DNA of 64,000 nucleotides from Alphaproteobacteria bacterium (GTDB taxonomy: Bacteria; Pseudomonadota; Alphaproteobacteria; Caulobacterales; Hyphomonadaceae): NCBI GenBank assembly GCA_034439955.1, contig JAWXBJ010000090.1, forward strand, positions 20,881 to 84,880, in the 5' to 3' direction. This document shows positions 39,162 through 48,956 of the stretch, piece after piece. Both the position numbers and the translations under genes were made by a program. The notes below the pieces were generated by a model. That model was not told the DNA's origin. It ran no database searches and worked only from the letters and a program-made list of their open reading frames with translations. How positions within the stretch are numbered: position 1 is the stretch's first letter; the number at the start of each line of letters is the position of its first letter.

Positions 39162-39539
39162 ATGTTGAATTTCCTTGTTGTTGCGATAGGCGGGGCGGCG
39201 GGCGCCGTCGCGCGCTATGGCGTCAGCCTGGCGGTCGCGGGCCGGTCGGATGGCTGGCCCTGGCCGACCTTCGCCATCAATGTTTCCGGCAGCCTGTTGA
39301 TCGGGGTGCTGGCCGGCTGGTTCGCGACGCGCCAGACGGACGGCGGGTCATGGGCGCTGCTGCTTGGGACCGGCGTGCTGGGCGGGTTCACGACATTCTC
39401 GGCCTATTCGCTCGAGACGGCGAAGATGATGGAACGCGCGGACTGGTGGGGAGCGTCAAGTTATTCACTGGGTTCGATCGCCGCCGGCCTCGCGGCGGCG
39501 CTTGCTGGACTGGCGATCGCCCGCCGGGCGTTCGCATGA
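39162..39539 (+). CDS. crcB: Fluoride ion channel CrcB/FluC
   Basis: 125 aa, 4 TM, with GGAAGAVARY and GVLGGFTTFSAYSLE. Confidence 0.9.
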   Translation: MLNFLVVAIGGAAGAVARYGVSLAVAGRSDGWPWPTFAINVSGSLLIGVLAGWFATRQTDGGSWALLLGTGVLGGFTTFSAYSLETAKMMERADWWGASSYSLGSIAAGLAAALAGLAIARRAFA

Positions 39540-40567
39540 CCTGGAATGCTGGTCAGGTGGTCAATCTCCCGGTCGAGCCGGGCGAGGACGACACGCGTCT
39601 CGACCGGTGGCTGAAGCGGAAGTTCCACGGCCTCACCCAGGGACAGATCGAGAAGACGCTGCGCAAGGGCGAAATTCGCGTCGATGGCGCGCGGGCGAAG
39701 TCCAACACGCGGCTCAAGGCCGGGCAGACCGTGCGCGTGCCGCCAATGGCCTCGGCTGGCGATGCAGACGACCGGCCTCGACCCGAATCGGCCAGGATCA
39801 AATCCTCCGACGCCGACCTGATGCGCACCCTCGTCATCTACGAGGATGACACGATTATCGCGCTCAACAAGCCTGCCGGGCTGGCGGTGCAGGGAGGGAC
39901 GGGCACGACGCGGCATATCGATGCGTTGTCCCGCGCACTCGTGCCGGACACCGCAGAAAAACCAAGACTGGTCCATCGCCTCGACCGCGAAACGACCGGA
40001 GTGCTGATCCTGGCCAAGACGGTCGGCGCCGCCAACAAGCTGGGCGCGCTTTTTCGCGGGCGCGATCTGGAAAAGATCTACTGGGCGGTGACCATCGGCG
40101 TTCCCCATCCGCAGGATGGGGATGTTCGCGGCTGGATGATCAAGTCCGTCGGCCCGGGCGACGACAAGGAAAAGATGCGCGCCGCAGAGCAGGGCGAGAA
40201 AGGTTCGGTGCACGCCTCGACCCAGTACACCGTCATCTCGAACGCCGGACAGAAAGCGGCCTGGGTCGGACTGAAGCCCGAGACGGGCCGCACCCACCAA
40301 TTGCGCTTTCACATGGCGGGAATGGGCTGCGCCATCGTCGGGGACCGCAAATACACGTCCGACCGGCTGGTCCCCAGCGGACTTGCGGAGGGTCTCCATC
40401 TGCACGCCCGGGCCATTCGCTTGCCGCCTCTCAGCGAGTTCGGTCGCCCGGTCGAGATCGTGGCGGTGTTGCCGGCGCATATGGAGGCGACATTCGCTGC
40501 GCTGGGGTTCAACGCGAACCAGGCCGGAGACCCTTTCTTCCATTTGAGGAAGATCCGGCGCAGATGA
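39536..40567 (+). CDS. RluC/RluD-type 23S rRNA pseudouridine synthase with N-terminal S4 domain
   Basis: 343 aa from ATG 39536, which overlaps the crcB TGA. It has an S4-like RLDRWLKRKFHGLTQGQIEKTLRKGEIRVDG, the catalytic HRLDRETTGVLILAK and GRTHQLRFHM. Confidence 0.88.
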   Translation: MTWNAGQVVNLPVEPGEDDTRLDRWLKRKFHGLTQGQIEKTLRKGEIRVDGARAKSNTRLKAGQTVRVPPMASAGDADDRPRPESARIKSSDADLMRTLVIYEDDTIIALNKPAGLAVQGGTGTTRHIDALSRALVPDTAEKPRLVHRLDRETTGVLILAKTVGAANKLGALFRGRDLEKIYWAVTIGVPHPQDGDVRGWMIKSVGPGDDKEKMRAAEQGEKGSVHASTQYTVISNAGQKAAWVGLKPETGRTHQLRFHMAGMGCAIVGDRKYTSDRLVPSGLAEGLHLHARAIRLPPLSEFGRPVEIVAVLPAHMEATFAALGFNANQAGDPFFHLRKIRRR

Positions 40568-40583
40568 CGCGAATTTCCGAGGA

Positions 40584-41363
40584 TTGCGAAAACGTCACCG
40601 GGGAGAGTTGCGGTTGAAGGGCGTAAAGGGCGAGATTGACCAACGTCCGAAACGTTTCTACCGGACGGTGGACATTGCGCGGGCCGACCGCACATGGGCC
40701 GTGACGCTGGACGGTCGGGCGATCAAGACGCCCGCCAGGCATTCGCTGGTGTTGCCGACCCAGGCGCTGGCCGAGATCGTCGCCCAGGAATGGCGTCGGC
40801 AGGATGAGCGTATCGACCTTCAATCCATGTTCGCGACCCGCATGGCCAACGTCTCCATCGACCGCACGCCGGGTTGCAGGGGCGAACTGGCTGATGAAGC
40901 CGCGTCCTTCGCTGAGACGGATCTCGTGTGTCACGTGGCGGAGGGACCGGCAGACTTGCGGCGCCTTCAGGAGATAGCCTGGACGCCGCTGCGGAACTGG
41001 GCCGCAGAAACGCTTGGAGTGCGCCTCGTCGTGGTTGAAGGCGTGATGGCGGCCAAACAGCCCCGGGATTCGCTTGAAGCCGTCCGGAACCACGCCGCTG
41101 GTCTGGACGATTTTCGATTGACGGCGCTTGTTTACGGAGTGGCGCTGCTGGGATCGGCGGTGCTCGGTCTGGCCGCCGAACGCCGCCGTCTCACGGCGGT
41201 AGAGGCTCACGAGATGGGGCGAATCGACGAAGCTTTCCAGGCTGGATTATGGGGCGAGGACGACGAGGCGGTGCGCCGGACCCAACGCAGCCGGGATGAA
41301 GCTGCCGCGCTGGATCTGTGGTTTGATGGACTTGACCGTCCGGCTGAGGCCGCGCCCGGATAG
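40584..41363 (+). CDS. ATP12-family F1-ATPase assembly chaperone
   Basis: 259 aa: KRFYRTVDIARADRTWAVTLDGRAIKTPARHSLVLPTQALAEIVAQEWRRQDERIDLQSM. The TTG start is uncertain. Confidence 0.8.
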   Translation: MRKRHRGELRLKGVKGEIDQRPKRFYRTVDIARADRTWAVTLDGRAIKTPARHSLVLPTQALAEIVAQEWRRQDERIDLQSMFATRMANVSIDRTPGCRGELADEAASFAETDLVCHVAEGPADLRRLQEIAWTPLRNWAAETLGVRLVVVEGVMAAKQPRDSLEAVRNHAAGLDDFRLTALVYGVALLGSAVLGLAAERRRLTAVEAHEMGRIDEAFQAGLWGEDDEAVRRTQRSRDEAAALDLWFDGLDRPAEAAPG

Positions 41364-41394
41364 AGCCAGAGGACATTTCGGGATTCAACATGCG

Positions 41395-42042
41395 ATGAAG
41401 GTCCGCGCCATCATCATCTGTCTGCTGGTCGCCCTTGCGTCGGAGGCGTCCGCGCTGGCCCAGACCCGGCTCTTCAAGCGCGAGGACTATGAAACCTTTT
41501 TCGCGCCGGGACGGTTCAAGAGCCACGCCGCCTATTATGCCAGCCATGGCCTTCTGGAGATCGTCAAGAACCGATCGACCATCTTTGCCGGCCGTTACTT
41601 TCTCGAACAGACGATGCAGGCCCTGGACGTTTCGGCCAATTACGACACGCTGAGCGCCAACCCCTACTACAAGATCGAATCGCGCGGGGCGGAAGTGATG
41701 GTTTGGGACGACCGGCTGAAAGCCTATCTCTACGAATATTCCGCTGCGGATTTCGACGGCAACGCCTCAATCGTCTGGGAGTCCACGAACGACCAGATCG
41801 AAATCACACCTGACGATTCAAGCTCCGGCGACCTGCACGAATACTACCGCGCCGCTGACGTGAGGGCTTCGCAAGACGTCGATGCCCTGCATAGCCAGTA
41901 TAGGCGCGACGTCGTCGGCGGGTGGAGCATGCAGTGCGGCTATATCAGGGACGATGAATGGGACGTCGAGTGCAAGGTGCTGCACCAGCCCACGCAGCGG
42001 CTTGAGCTCTATTACTACCGCAAGCTCGACCTGATCAGTTGA
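41395..42042 (+). CDS. Exported hypothetical protein (Tyr/Asp-rich)
   Basis: 215 aa from ATG 41395 with a clear signal peptide, MKVRAIIICLLVALASEASALAQ. I recognise no family. Confidence 0.6.
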   Translation: MKVRAIIICLLVALASEASALAQTRLFKREDYETFFAPGRFKSHAAYYASHGLLEIVKNRSTIFAGRYFLEQTMQALDVSANYDTLSANPYYKIESRGAEVMVWDDRLKAYLYEYSAADFDGNASIVWESTNDQIEITPDDSSSGDLHEYYRAADVRASQDVDALHSQYRRDVVGGWSMQCGYIRDDEWDVECKVLHQPTQRLELYYYRKLDLIS

Positions 42043-42101
42043 GCTGCAAGCTGAAGGCGGTATTCAGGTCCGGTTCGGTCTGCGGGGTGCAGCCTGCCCT
42101 C

Positions 42102-42614
42102 ATGAGCAAGCAAAACCACTTCCTGAGGATGTCCGTCGCGGCGTTGGCAGCGGCGGCGTTTCTTTCCTCTCCCGTCGCGACCGCGCAAGGCGTTTTCTTG
42201 AAGGTTCAGTCGCCTCAGAACAATGAACTTGCTGGCGGACCCGCCCGCCAGCCGCAGGACTGGCGCGGCGGTGGAGACGATGATCGCCGCTACGACGACG
42301 CGCAGCGGGGCGATGACGGGGACTGGCGCTACGGCGAGGACCGTCGCTATGGCGACGATGACTGGCGTGGCCGCCGCCGAGCGCCGGATTTCCAGACTGT
42401 GCAGGCGTCATGCTCGCGCGCGGCGATCCAGGAAGCATGGCGGACAAACGCCTATTCGGCGCAATACGACGGGGCGCCACGGCTTGTCGAAGGTCGGCGC
42501 GGCTATGAGCTCGTGGGCCGGGTCCGCGTTCATTCGCGCAAGGGCTACACGACTGGAGCGACCGTCTGCGAATTGCGAGGCAGCGACGCGGTGCGTTTCG
42601 AATATCTGCGGTAG
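42102..42614 (+). CDS. Exported hypothetical protein with D/R/W/Y low-complexity repeats and a 2-Cys C-terminal domain
   Basis: 170 aa from ATG 42102. It has the signal peptide MSKQNHFLRMSVAALAAAAFLSSPVATAQ, then DWRGGGDDDRRYDDAQRGDDGDWRYGEDRRYGDDDWRGRRR, then a ~75-aa globular-looking tail. Confidence 0.55.
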   Translation: MSKQNHFLRMSVAALAAAAFLSSPVATAQGVFLKVQSPQNNELAGGPARQPQDWRGGGDDDRRYDDAQRGDDGDWRYGEDRRYGDDDWRGRRRAPDFQTVQASCSRAAIQEAWRTNAYSAQYDGAPRLVEGRRGYELVGRVRVHSRKGYTTGATVCELRGSDAVRFEYLR

Positions 42615-42656
42615 AACCGGATCGCTTCAGGCGGATCTTCCATTGAAGCGAGAAAT

Positions 42657-43742
42657 TTAATCGAGGCCGGCGCGCTGCGCGCACGCATAAGAGAACCGCG
42701 CGAGCGGCGCGACCCGTCCCTCATTTTCCGCCGCTGCGGCGTTGGAGGCCGTGCCGTCGCGCACCCGCCCCACAATGCCTTGCAGAATGCCCGCGAGGCG
42801 AAAGGCGTTGTAGGCGAAATAGTAGTCGAGCTCCGGCAGGCTGGATCGGCCCGTCAGCTCGCAATAGCGGTTCACGTATTCCTCGCGTGTCGGGATGCCC
42901 TTGGCTGCCTTGTCCTCGACCTGCGCGAGCGAGGGACGTGTGGGGTCCGAAGAAGGTATTTCCCACGACATCAGGTGATAGGTGAAGTCGGCGAGGGGAT
43001 CGCCTAGCGTCGATAGTTCCCAGTCGAGAACGGCGATCACGCGCGACTCGGTCGGGTGCAGAACCATGTTGTCGATGCGATAATCGCCATGGACAATGGT
43101 CGTGCGCTCATTTGGCGGAATGTTCTTCGGCAGCCACTCGATCAGTCTGTCCATCTCCGGAATCCTGGCGGTTTCAGACATCTGGTACTGTTTGGTCCAG
43201 CGGTGGATCTGGCGCGCGATATAATCGCCTTCCTTGCCGAAGCCCTCCAGTCCGGCTGCGCGCCAGTCGACATTGTGCAGCCGCGCAAAGGTCGAGATCT
43301 TGGCCTCGAAGATCGCGTGGCGCTGGGCCGGCGTGTACTCCGGCAGGGTTGCGTCCCAGAGGATTCGTCCCTCGACCATGTCCATCACATAGAACATCGT
43401 GCCGATGACGGCGTCGTCCTCGCAGAGGCCATACGGCCGCGCGACCGGAAAGCCGAGCGGATAGAGAGCCGAGATGACGCGAAACTCGCGATCGACGGCA
43501 TGCGCGGACGGCAGGAGCTTGCCGGGCGGCTTGCGGCGCAGGACGTATTTCTTGTTCGGCGTAATGAGCTGGTAGGTGGGGTTGGACTGACCGCCCTTGA
43601 ACTGCCGCACCTCAAGCGGCCCGCGATAACCCTCGACATTGTCCTCCAGCCAGCGCACGAGATTCGCCTCGTCGAACCTGTGTGTTTCGGCGACTTCCTT
43701 GGTGCCGGAGAATTGTCCAGCCGGGTCGGGCGTATCGGTCAT
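42657..43742 (-). CDS. Phosphotransferase-family protein (APH/choline-kinase fold, ACAD10/11 N-terminal-like)
   Basis: 361 aa with FKGGQSNPTYQLITPNKKYVLRRKPPGKLLPSAHAVDREFRV, the catalytic HGDYRIDN and DWELSTLGDP. Confidence 0.85.
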   Translation of the reverse strand: MTDTPDPAGQFSGTKEVAETHRFDEANLVRWLEDNVEGYRGPLEVRQFKGGQSNPTYQLITPNKKYVLRRKPPGKLLPSAHAVDREFRVISALYPLGFPVARPYGLCEDDAVIGTMFYVMDMVEGRILWDATLPEYTPAQRHAIFEAKISTFARLHNVDWRAAGLEGFGKEGDYIARQIHRWTKQYQMSETARIPEMDRLIEWLPKNIPPNERTTIVHGDYRIDNMVLHPTESRVIAVLDWELSTLGDPLADFTYHLMSWEIPSSDPTRPSLAQVEDKAAKGIPTREEYVNRYCELTGRSSLPELDYYFAYNAFRLAGILQGIVGRVRDGTASNAAAAENEGRVAPLARFSYACAQRAGLD

Positions 43743-43836
43743 TGCCTGCCTTCGTCCGCTTGATTGTGCATCAGGAAAGCATACGCGCAGTTCTGCTGGC
43801 GAGAAATCTTTCGGCGCGCGCGACTTTTCAGGTCGG

Positions 43837-45111
43837 TCAGGACCGCTCCAGCGCCCGCCATCCGATATCCCTGCGACAGAAACCGTCCGGCCAGTCGATG
43901 AGATCGACGGCCCGATAGGCCCGGGCGACCGCTTCGGAGAGGGTGGGGGCGATGGCCGTGACGTTCAGCACACGTCCGCCATTGGCGATGATCTCGTCGT
44001 CGCGGCTCATTGTAGCGCCGTGAAAGATCGTGACTCCGGGGACGCCGCCCGCTTGCCTGAGGCCGCCGATGACGCCGCCTTTTCTGGAGTCGCCAGGATA
44101 GCCCGCCCCGGCCATCACGACGGAGACCGCATGGTCGGTGAAGCGCTCCAGCCGCGCGCACCCGTCCAGACCGCCGGTCGCGCAGGCAAGCAATTGCGGC
44201 AGGGGATCGTCCTTCAGTCGCGCCATGATCACCTGGCATTCCGGGTCGCCGAAACGGCAATTGTATTCGACGACGCGCGGACCCGTCTTGTCGATCATCA
44301 GGCCGACGAAAAGCACCCCTCGATAGGGCCGGCCCTCCGCCTTCATGCCCTGCAAGGTGGGAGCGACGATCTCTTCCATCACACGTCGCTGCATCGCTTC
44401 GTCGAGGATTGGAGCCGGGGAATAGGCGCCCATTCCCCCGGTGTTGGGTCCCGTGTCTCCCTCGCCCACGCGCTTGTGGTCCTGCGCGCCGGCAAGCGCC
44501 ACAGCGGTCTCGCCATCGCAGAGCGCGAAAAAGCTCGCCTCCTCGCCGGCCATGAACTCCTCGATCACGATGCGCGCCGAGGCGGTTCCGAACTTTCCCG
44601 CCAGCATGGCGTCGATCTCGTCCTCCGCCTCGCGCCGCGTTTGGGCGATCACAACGCCTTTCCCGGCGGCAAGGCCATCGGCCTTGAGAACATAGGGTGC
44701 GGAGAACCTCCCCAGGAACGCCTTGGCCACTGAGGGATCGGAGAAGCAGCCATGGGCGGCGGTCGGGATGGCGTGTCTCGCCATGAAGTCTTTCGAGTAG
44801 GCCTTCGACCCTTCGAGGATCGCCGCCCTAGCTGACGGCCCGAAAACCGGCACATCGATGGCTCGGAGGCGGTCGGCGAGGCCGGCGACCAACGGCGCTT
44901 CGGGTCCGACAATCACGAGGTTCGGGCGCTCCCGTTTCGCAAGCGTGACCTGACCTTCGACATCGTCGGCGTTGACTGGCTCGCACCGGGCCAGCGCCGC
45001 CATGCCGGGATTGCCGGGCGCGCAGACGATTTCCGTGACGCGCTTGCTGGCCGCCAAGCGCCAGGCCAGGGAATGTTCGCGGCCGCCGCTACCCACGATC
45101 AGTATTTTCAT
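43837..45111 (-). CDS. purD: Phosphoribosylamine--glycine ligase
   Basis: 424 aa from the ATG at 45111: [19 protein letters not shown]..., with an ATP-grasp core. The ORF-track start lies 105 nt upstream. Confidence 0.96.
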   Translation of the reverse strand: MKILIVGSGGREHSLAWRLAASKRVTEIVCAPGNPGMAALARCEPVNADDVEGQVTLAKRERPNLVIVGPEAPLVAGLADRLRAIDVPVFGPSARAAILEGSKAYSKDFMARHAIPTAAHGCFSDPSVAKAFLGRFSAPYVLKADGLAAGKGVVIAQTRREAEDEIDAMLAGKFGTASARIVIEEFMAGEEASFFALCDGETAVALAGAQDHKRVGEGDTGPNTGGMGAYSPAPILDEAMQRRVMEEIVAPTLQGMKAEGRPYRGVLFVGLMIDKTGPRVVEYNCRFGDPECQVIMARLKDDPLPQLLACATGGLDGCARLERFTDHAVSVVMAGAGYPGDSRKGGVIGGLRQAGGVPGVTIFHGATMSRDDEIIANGGRVLNVTAIAPTLSEAVARAYRAVDLIDWPDGFCRRDIGWRALERS

Positions 45112-45198
45112 GTGAAATCGTCCGATGGGATTATCGCCGCGTTGGGCGCTGGCGTTGTTGGTGGCGCGGCGGACCCGAGACCAAGGCAGGACGGAAAT

Positions 45199-45636
45199 GT
45201 GAGCGCCAAACAACACGCGTTCTCGCGAGAGGGCAATCTGACCGGGCTCTGGTCGGGAGAATACTGGTATGGAGGCGTGTCATTCCCGACGCCCTTCTCG
45301 GCGCATTTCATCGACGCCGACGGCAGCCTGACGGGCACGACCCTGGAGCCCCAGGTTTTCGGCGATCATGGGCGGGTCGAACTCTCGGCGAGCCTCACCG
45401 GCTGGCGAGGCGATCTCTCCGTGCGGTTCACCAAACTTTACGACCCCGCGCCCGACACGCACGCTCACCCGATTTTCTACTCCGGGACCGTTGACGCCAA
45501 ATTTACCTTGATCGACGGCGACTGGAATTTTGGGCGCGCCGATCCTGCGGCGGGACGTTTCGTTCTGGTCCGCGTCTCGCGTGGCGCGAAGGCGGAGATG
45601 GCCGAGGCTTCGGCGGTGATCGCGCTGCGGAGGTAA
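45199..45636 (+). CDS. Hypothetical protein (GTG start), divergent from purD
   Basis: About 145 aa: NLTGLWSGEYWYGGVSFPTPFSAHFIDADGSLTGTTLEP...PIFYSGTVDAKFTLIDGDWNF. Composition looks like a beta-rich protein. AGGA lies upstream of GTG 45199. The ATG at 45073 would overlap the purD start. Confidence 0.5.
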   Translation: MSAKQHAFSREGNLTGLWSGEYWYGGVSFPTPFSAHFIDADGSLTGTTLEPQVFGDHGRVELSASLTGWRGDLSVRFTKLYDPAPDTHAHPIFYSGTVDAKFTLIDGDWNFGRADPAAGRFVLVRVSRGAKAEMAEASAVIALRR

Positions 45637-45682
45637 GCGCGTGCTGGGCTGACGCCGCGTCCTGAGCGGCTATACTGCCGCC

Positions 45683-47194
45683 ATGGACGATCCCATCGAT
45701 TCCCTTGCCCCCATCGCCGACGCGCAGAGCAACGCCCCGGAGATGTCGGTCTCCGAACTGGCGAATGCGCTGAAACGAACCATCGAGGACAATTACGGCT
45801 TCGTGCGCGTGCGCGGCGAGCTGGGGCGCGTTGTCGCGGCGAAGTCCGGGCACCTCTATTTTGATATCAAGGACGACAAGGCCTGCATCAATTCGGTGAT
45901 GTGGAAGGGTCAGGCGGGGCGCCTGCCGTTCAAGCCCGAGGAAGGGTTGGAGGTCGTTGCCGAAGGCAAGCTGTCGACCTATCCCGGTCGCTCCAACTAT
46001 CAGCTGATCTGCGAGCGCATGCGTCCTGCGGGTCTTGGCGCGCTGATGCAGCTGCTGGAAGAGCGCAAGAAAAAACTGGCGGCCGAAGGCCTGTTCGACG
46101 CGGACCGCAAGAAGCCCATCCCCTATTTGCCGACCGTCATCGGTGTGGTGACCAGTCCGACCGGCGCGGTCATCCGCGACATACTCCATCGCGTGCGCGA
46201 GCGCTTTCCGGTGCGCGTCCTCATCTGGCCGGCACTGGTGCAGGGCGAGCGCGCGTCGTTCGAGGTCGAGGCGGGCATACGCGGCTTCAACGCGCTCCCG
46301 GCGAGCGGGCACATCCCGCGTCCTGATGTCATCATCGTCGCGCGCGGCGGCGGGTCGATCGAGGATCTCTGGCCGTTCAATGAGGAGCGCGTCGTGCGCG
46401 CCGCCGCCGACAGCGTGATCCCGCTGATCTCGGCCGTAGGGCACGAGACCGACACGACGCTGATCGATTTCGTATCGGATCGCCGCGCGCCGACACCCAC
46501 CGGGGCCGCCGAAATGGCCGTGCCAGTGCGGGCGGAGCTGCTGGCGACGGTCATGGATTATGGCGCCAGATCCGGGCGATGCCTGACGCGCCACCTCGAA
46601 AAGCGACGCCTCGAGTTTCGCTCGATCGTCGGGCGCTTTCCCAGGCTGGATGCGGTGCTGCAAGGACCGAGGCAGAGGCTGGACCGCAGCGGCCAGCGAT
46701 TCATCGGGGCGCTGGACAGGGCGCTGGCGCGCAAGCGCGCGGGGTTAGACGCGCGCGCCGGCCGCCTGCAACCAGCCGCCCTTAAACGGGATCTTTCCCG
46801 CAAGCGTATCGAGGCGGAACGTTTGTCCGCCCGGCTGAAGCCAGCCGTGCTGCGCGAGATGGCTCAGCTCCGGCGGCGCCTCGATGGTCAGGGACGTGTG
46901 CTCGCGACGCTTTCCTATGAAAGCGTTCTCGGTCGAGGCTTCGTGCTGGTGACGGGCCACGACGGAAAGCTGAGGCGTTCTGCGGCTGCGGTCGCGCAGG
47001 GCGAGGCCTTGAAACTGCGTTTCTCCGACGGGGAAATCCTGGCCATGGCAGGAGGCGCCCTGCGCCGCCCGCGCAAGCCCGCCAGCCCCTCGCAACCTGA
47101 AGAGCCGGCGAGGACCGTGCCGGCCGCGCCTCCGGAATCTCAGCGTCCCCGCATTCGGCGGCGCGGGCGAAACGACCAGGGCGACCTCTTCTGA
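45683..47194 (+). CDS. xseA: Exodeoxyribonuclease VII large subunit
   Basis: 503 aa with an OB-fold N-terminus (VRVRGELGRVVAAKSGHLYFDIKDD) and RGGGSIEDLWPFNEE. The tail is long, coiled and basic. Confidence 0.93.
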   Translation: MDDPIDSLAPIADAQSNAPEMSVSELANALKRTIEDNYGFVRVRGELGRVVAAKSGHLYFDIKDDKACINSVMWKGQAGRLPFKPEEGLEVVAEGKLSTYPGRSNYQLICERMRPAGLGALMQLLEERKKKLAAEGLFDADRKKPIPYLPTVIGVVTSPTGAVIRDILHRVRERFPVRVLIWPALVQGERASFEVEAGIRGFNALPASGHIPRPDVIIVARGGGSIEDLWPFNEERVVRAAADSVIPLISAVGHETDTTLIDFVSDRRAPTPTGAAEMAVPVRAELLATVMDYGARSGRCLTRHLEKRRLEFRSIVGRFPRLDAVLQGPRQRLDRSGQRFIGALDRALARKRAGLDARAGRLQPAALKRDLSRKRIEAERLSARLKPAVLREMAQLRRRLDGQGRVLATLSYESVLGRGFVLVTGHDGKLRRSAAAVAQGEALKLRFSDGEILAMAGGALRRPRKPASPSQPEEPARTVPAAPPESQRPRIRRRGRNDQGDLF

Positions 47195-47279
47195 AGTATC
47201 GATCCTCGCCGATCGTGGACCGGCCGATGGAAACATGCTGACCTGCGCCGTTCTCCATTTCCGTTCAAGGCAAACCGCC

Positions 47280-48956
47280 ATGCGCTCAACTACGTTCCCG
47301 GCGATTGTCGCGACTTGCTTCGCGCTCTCCGGATGCGTTGCGACACAGACGCCAGCGGCCGGCCTCGACGCCGACACGGCTGCCTGGTGGGAGATCACCG
47401 GCGATCTCTCCGGCGACGCCATGGAAGGCCGGGACACGGGATCCCCCGGTCACGCCCGCGCCGTCAACTATGTGATCGATCGGTTCGGCAAGGCCGGGCT
47501 CAAGCCTGCGGGGGATGCCGGCGGCTGGACACAGACGCTGCCCCTGAAGGAGGTGCGCGTCGAAAAGGACGGGACGAGTTTTGAGGTGCTGGCTTTGCAG
47601 CCAGGCGCCACGCCCACCCGGCTTTCCTTCCTGCACGAGATCAGCGTGCGCGCGACGGACGAGCTTCCGGCGTCCATCGAAGGCGCACTCAGTTTTCGCG
47701 GCTACTGTTCCCCTGCGGAGATGGGAGAGGTGCTCGGGCGCGTGGTCGTTTGCTTCGGCGCGAGGCGGAGCGGACTTCCGGGTGGGGCCGACAGGATGCG
47801 CGCGGTGGCGGACGCGGGCGCAGTGGGGCTGATCAACATCGACGATCCCGGCTTCACAGTCGAGCCGGCGCGATGGCCGGACGCCTATGCGCGGTCGGTT
47901 TCGTTGCGGAGCGCGCCGTCGCCAGCCTTTGCAAACCTTCCGGTGATGCGCCTCTCGCCGGATGGTTTTGAGAGGATGCTGCAGTCCGCTGGTCACGCTA
48001 CGCCGTCTGCGGACATCCTGGCCAGCGGCGCCGCGTCAAGGCCGCTCGCGGCTTTCGACCTGGCGCTCCGGATGCAGGCGACCTTCAGCCTGTCGCGCCG
48101 CGAATACACGTCGGACAATGTCCTCGCGATGCTGCCGGGAAGCGATCCCGCGTTGAGCCAGGAGGTCGTGATCGTCTCCGCCCACATCGACGGCTATGGT
48201 TTTGGCGAACCGGTGGAAGGCGATGCACTCTACAACGGTGCATTTGATGACGCGGCCTATGTCGCAACAATAATCCGGTTGGCCGAGCAGCGCGCCGGCC
48301 AGGGCTTCAGGCGCAGCGTGCTGTTTGCCGTCTACACCGGCGAGGAAAAGGGACTGCTCGGCTCCAACTGGCTGAGCCGAAACCTGCCGGTTCCAAAAGA
48401 AAACCTGGCGGCGGTCATCAATCTCGACCAGCTGCGGCCTTTGTTCCCGCTGAAAATCCTGACCATGCACGCTATCGGCGACACCACGCTGAAAGCCAAT
48501 GTTGACCGCGTCGCGGCTGGCATGGGCATCGAGATCCGCCCCGACCTTGAGCCCGAGCGAAACCTCAACCAGCGCACTGACCACTGGCCCTTCCTCAGCA
48601 TGGGCGTGCCCGCAACCAACTTCGTCTTCGGCTTCGATCCGGGCACGGAAGCCGAAGCGCGTTACCGCGAATGGTACAAGGTCCGCTATCACCGCCCGCA
48701 GGACGACATGAGCCAGCCGCTCGACTTTCAGGCGGCGGCGGACATGAACACATTCTTTTACAGGCTGACCGGGGATGTCGCGAACGATCCGGCGCGTCCG
48801 GCGTTTCTGCCAGGAAGCCGTACCATCCGGAGTAAGCTTCTCGCCGGGAGGATCAGGCGTTCAGTCGCCGGACAAACCAGTCCGTCAGGTGCGACCACAC
48901 TGCGTTCTTTTCGGAGGCGTCCTCTATACCGTGTTCGAGATTGGGGTTGTCGTTGA
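47280..48956 (+). CDS. M28-family zinc aminopeptidase lipoprotein (PA domain + M28 catalytic domain)
   Basis: The lipobox MRSTTFPAIVATCFALSGC follows ATG 47280. M28 motifs are present (SAHIDGYG, FAVYTGEEKGLLGS, DHWPF). The last ~50 aa are Arg-rich and overlap the convergent ATP-grasp gene, so the 3' end is doubtful. Confidence 0.8.
   Translation: MRSTTFPAIVATCFALSGCVATQTPAAGLDADTAAWWEITGDLSGDAMEGRDTGSPGHARAVNYVIDRFGKAGLKPAGDAGGWTQTLPLKEVRVEKDGTSFEVLALQPGATPTRLSFLHEISVRATDELPASIEGALSFRGYCSPAEMGEVLGRVVVCFGARRSGLPGGADRMRAVADAGAVGLINIDDPGFTVEPARWPDAYARSVSLRSAPSPAFANLPVMRLSPDGFERMLQSAGHATPSADILASGAASRPLAAFDLALRMQATFSLSRREYTSDNVLAMLPGSDPALSQEVVIVSAHIDGYGFGEPVEGDALYNGAFDDAAYVATIIRLAEQRAGQGFRRSVLFAVYTGEEKGLLGSNWLSRNLPVPKENLAAVINLDQLRPLFPLKILTMHAIGDTTLKANVDRVAAGMGIEIRPDLEPERNLNQRTDHWPFLSMGVPATNFVFGFDPGTEAEARYREWYKVRYHRPQDDMSQPLDFQAAADMNTFFYRLTGDVANDPARPAFLPGSRTIRSKLLAGRIRRSVAGQTSPSGATTLRSFRRRPLYRVRDWGCR

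Noticed and set aside
42623-42650. 7-bp hairpin, CGCTTCA/TGAAGCG, between the convergent genes ending at 42614 and 42657.
   Set aside because: The stem is short, the loop is 14 nt and there is no flanking T/A tract. It is not convincing as a bidirectional terminator.
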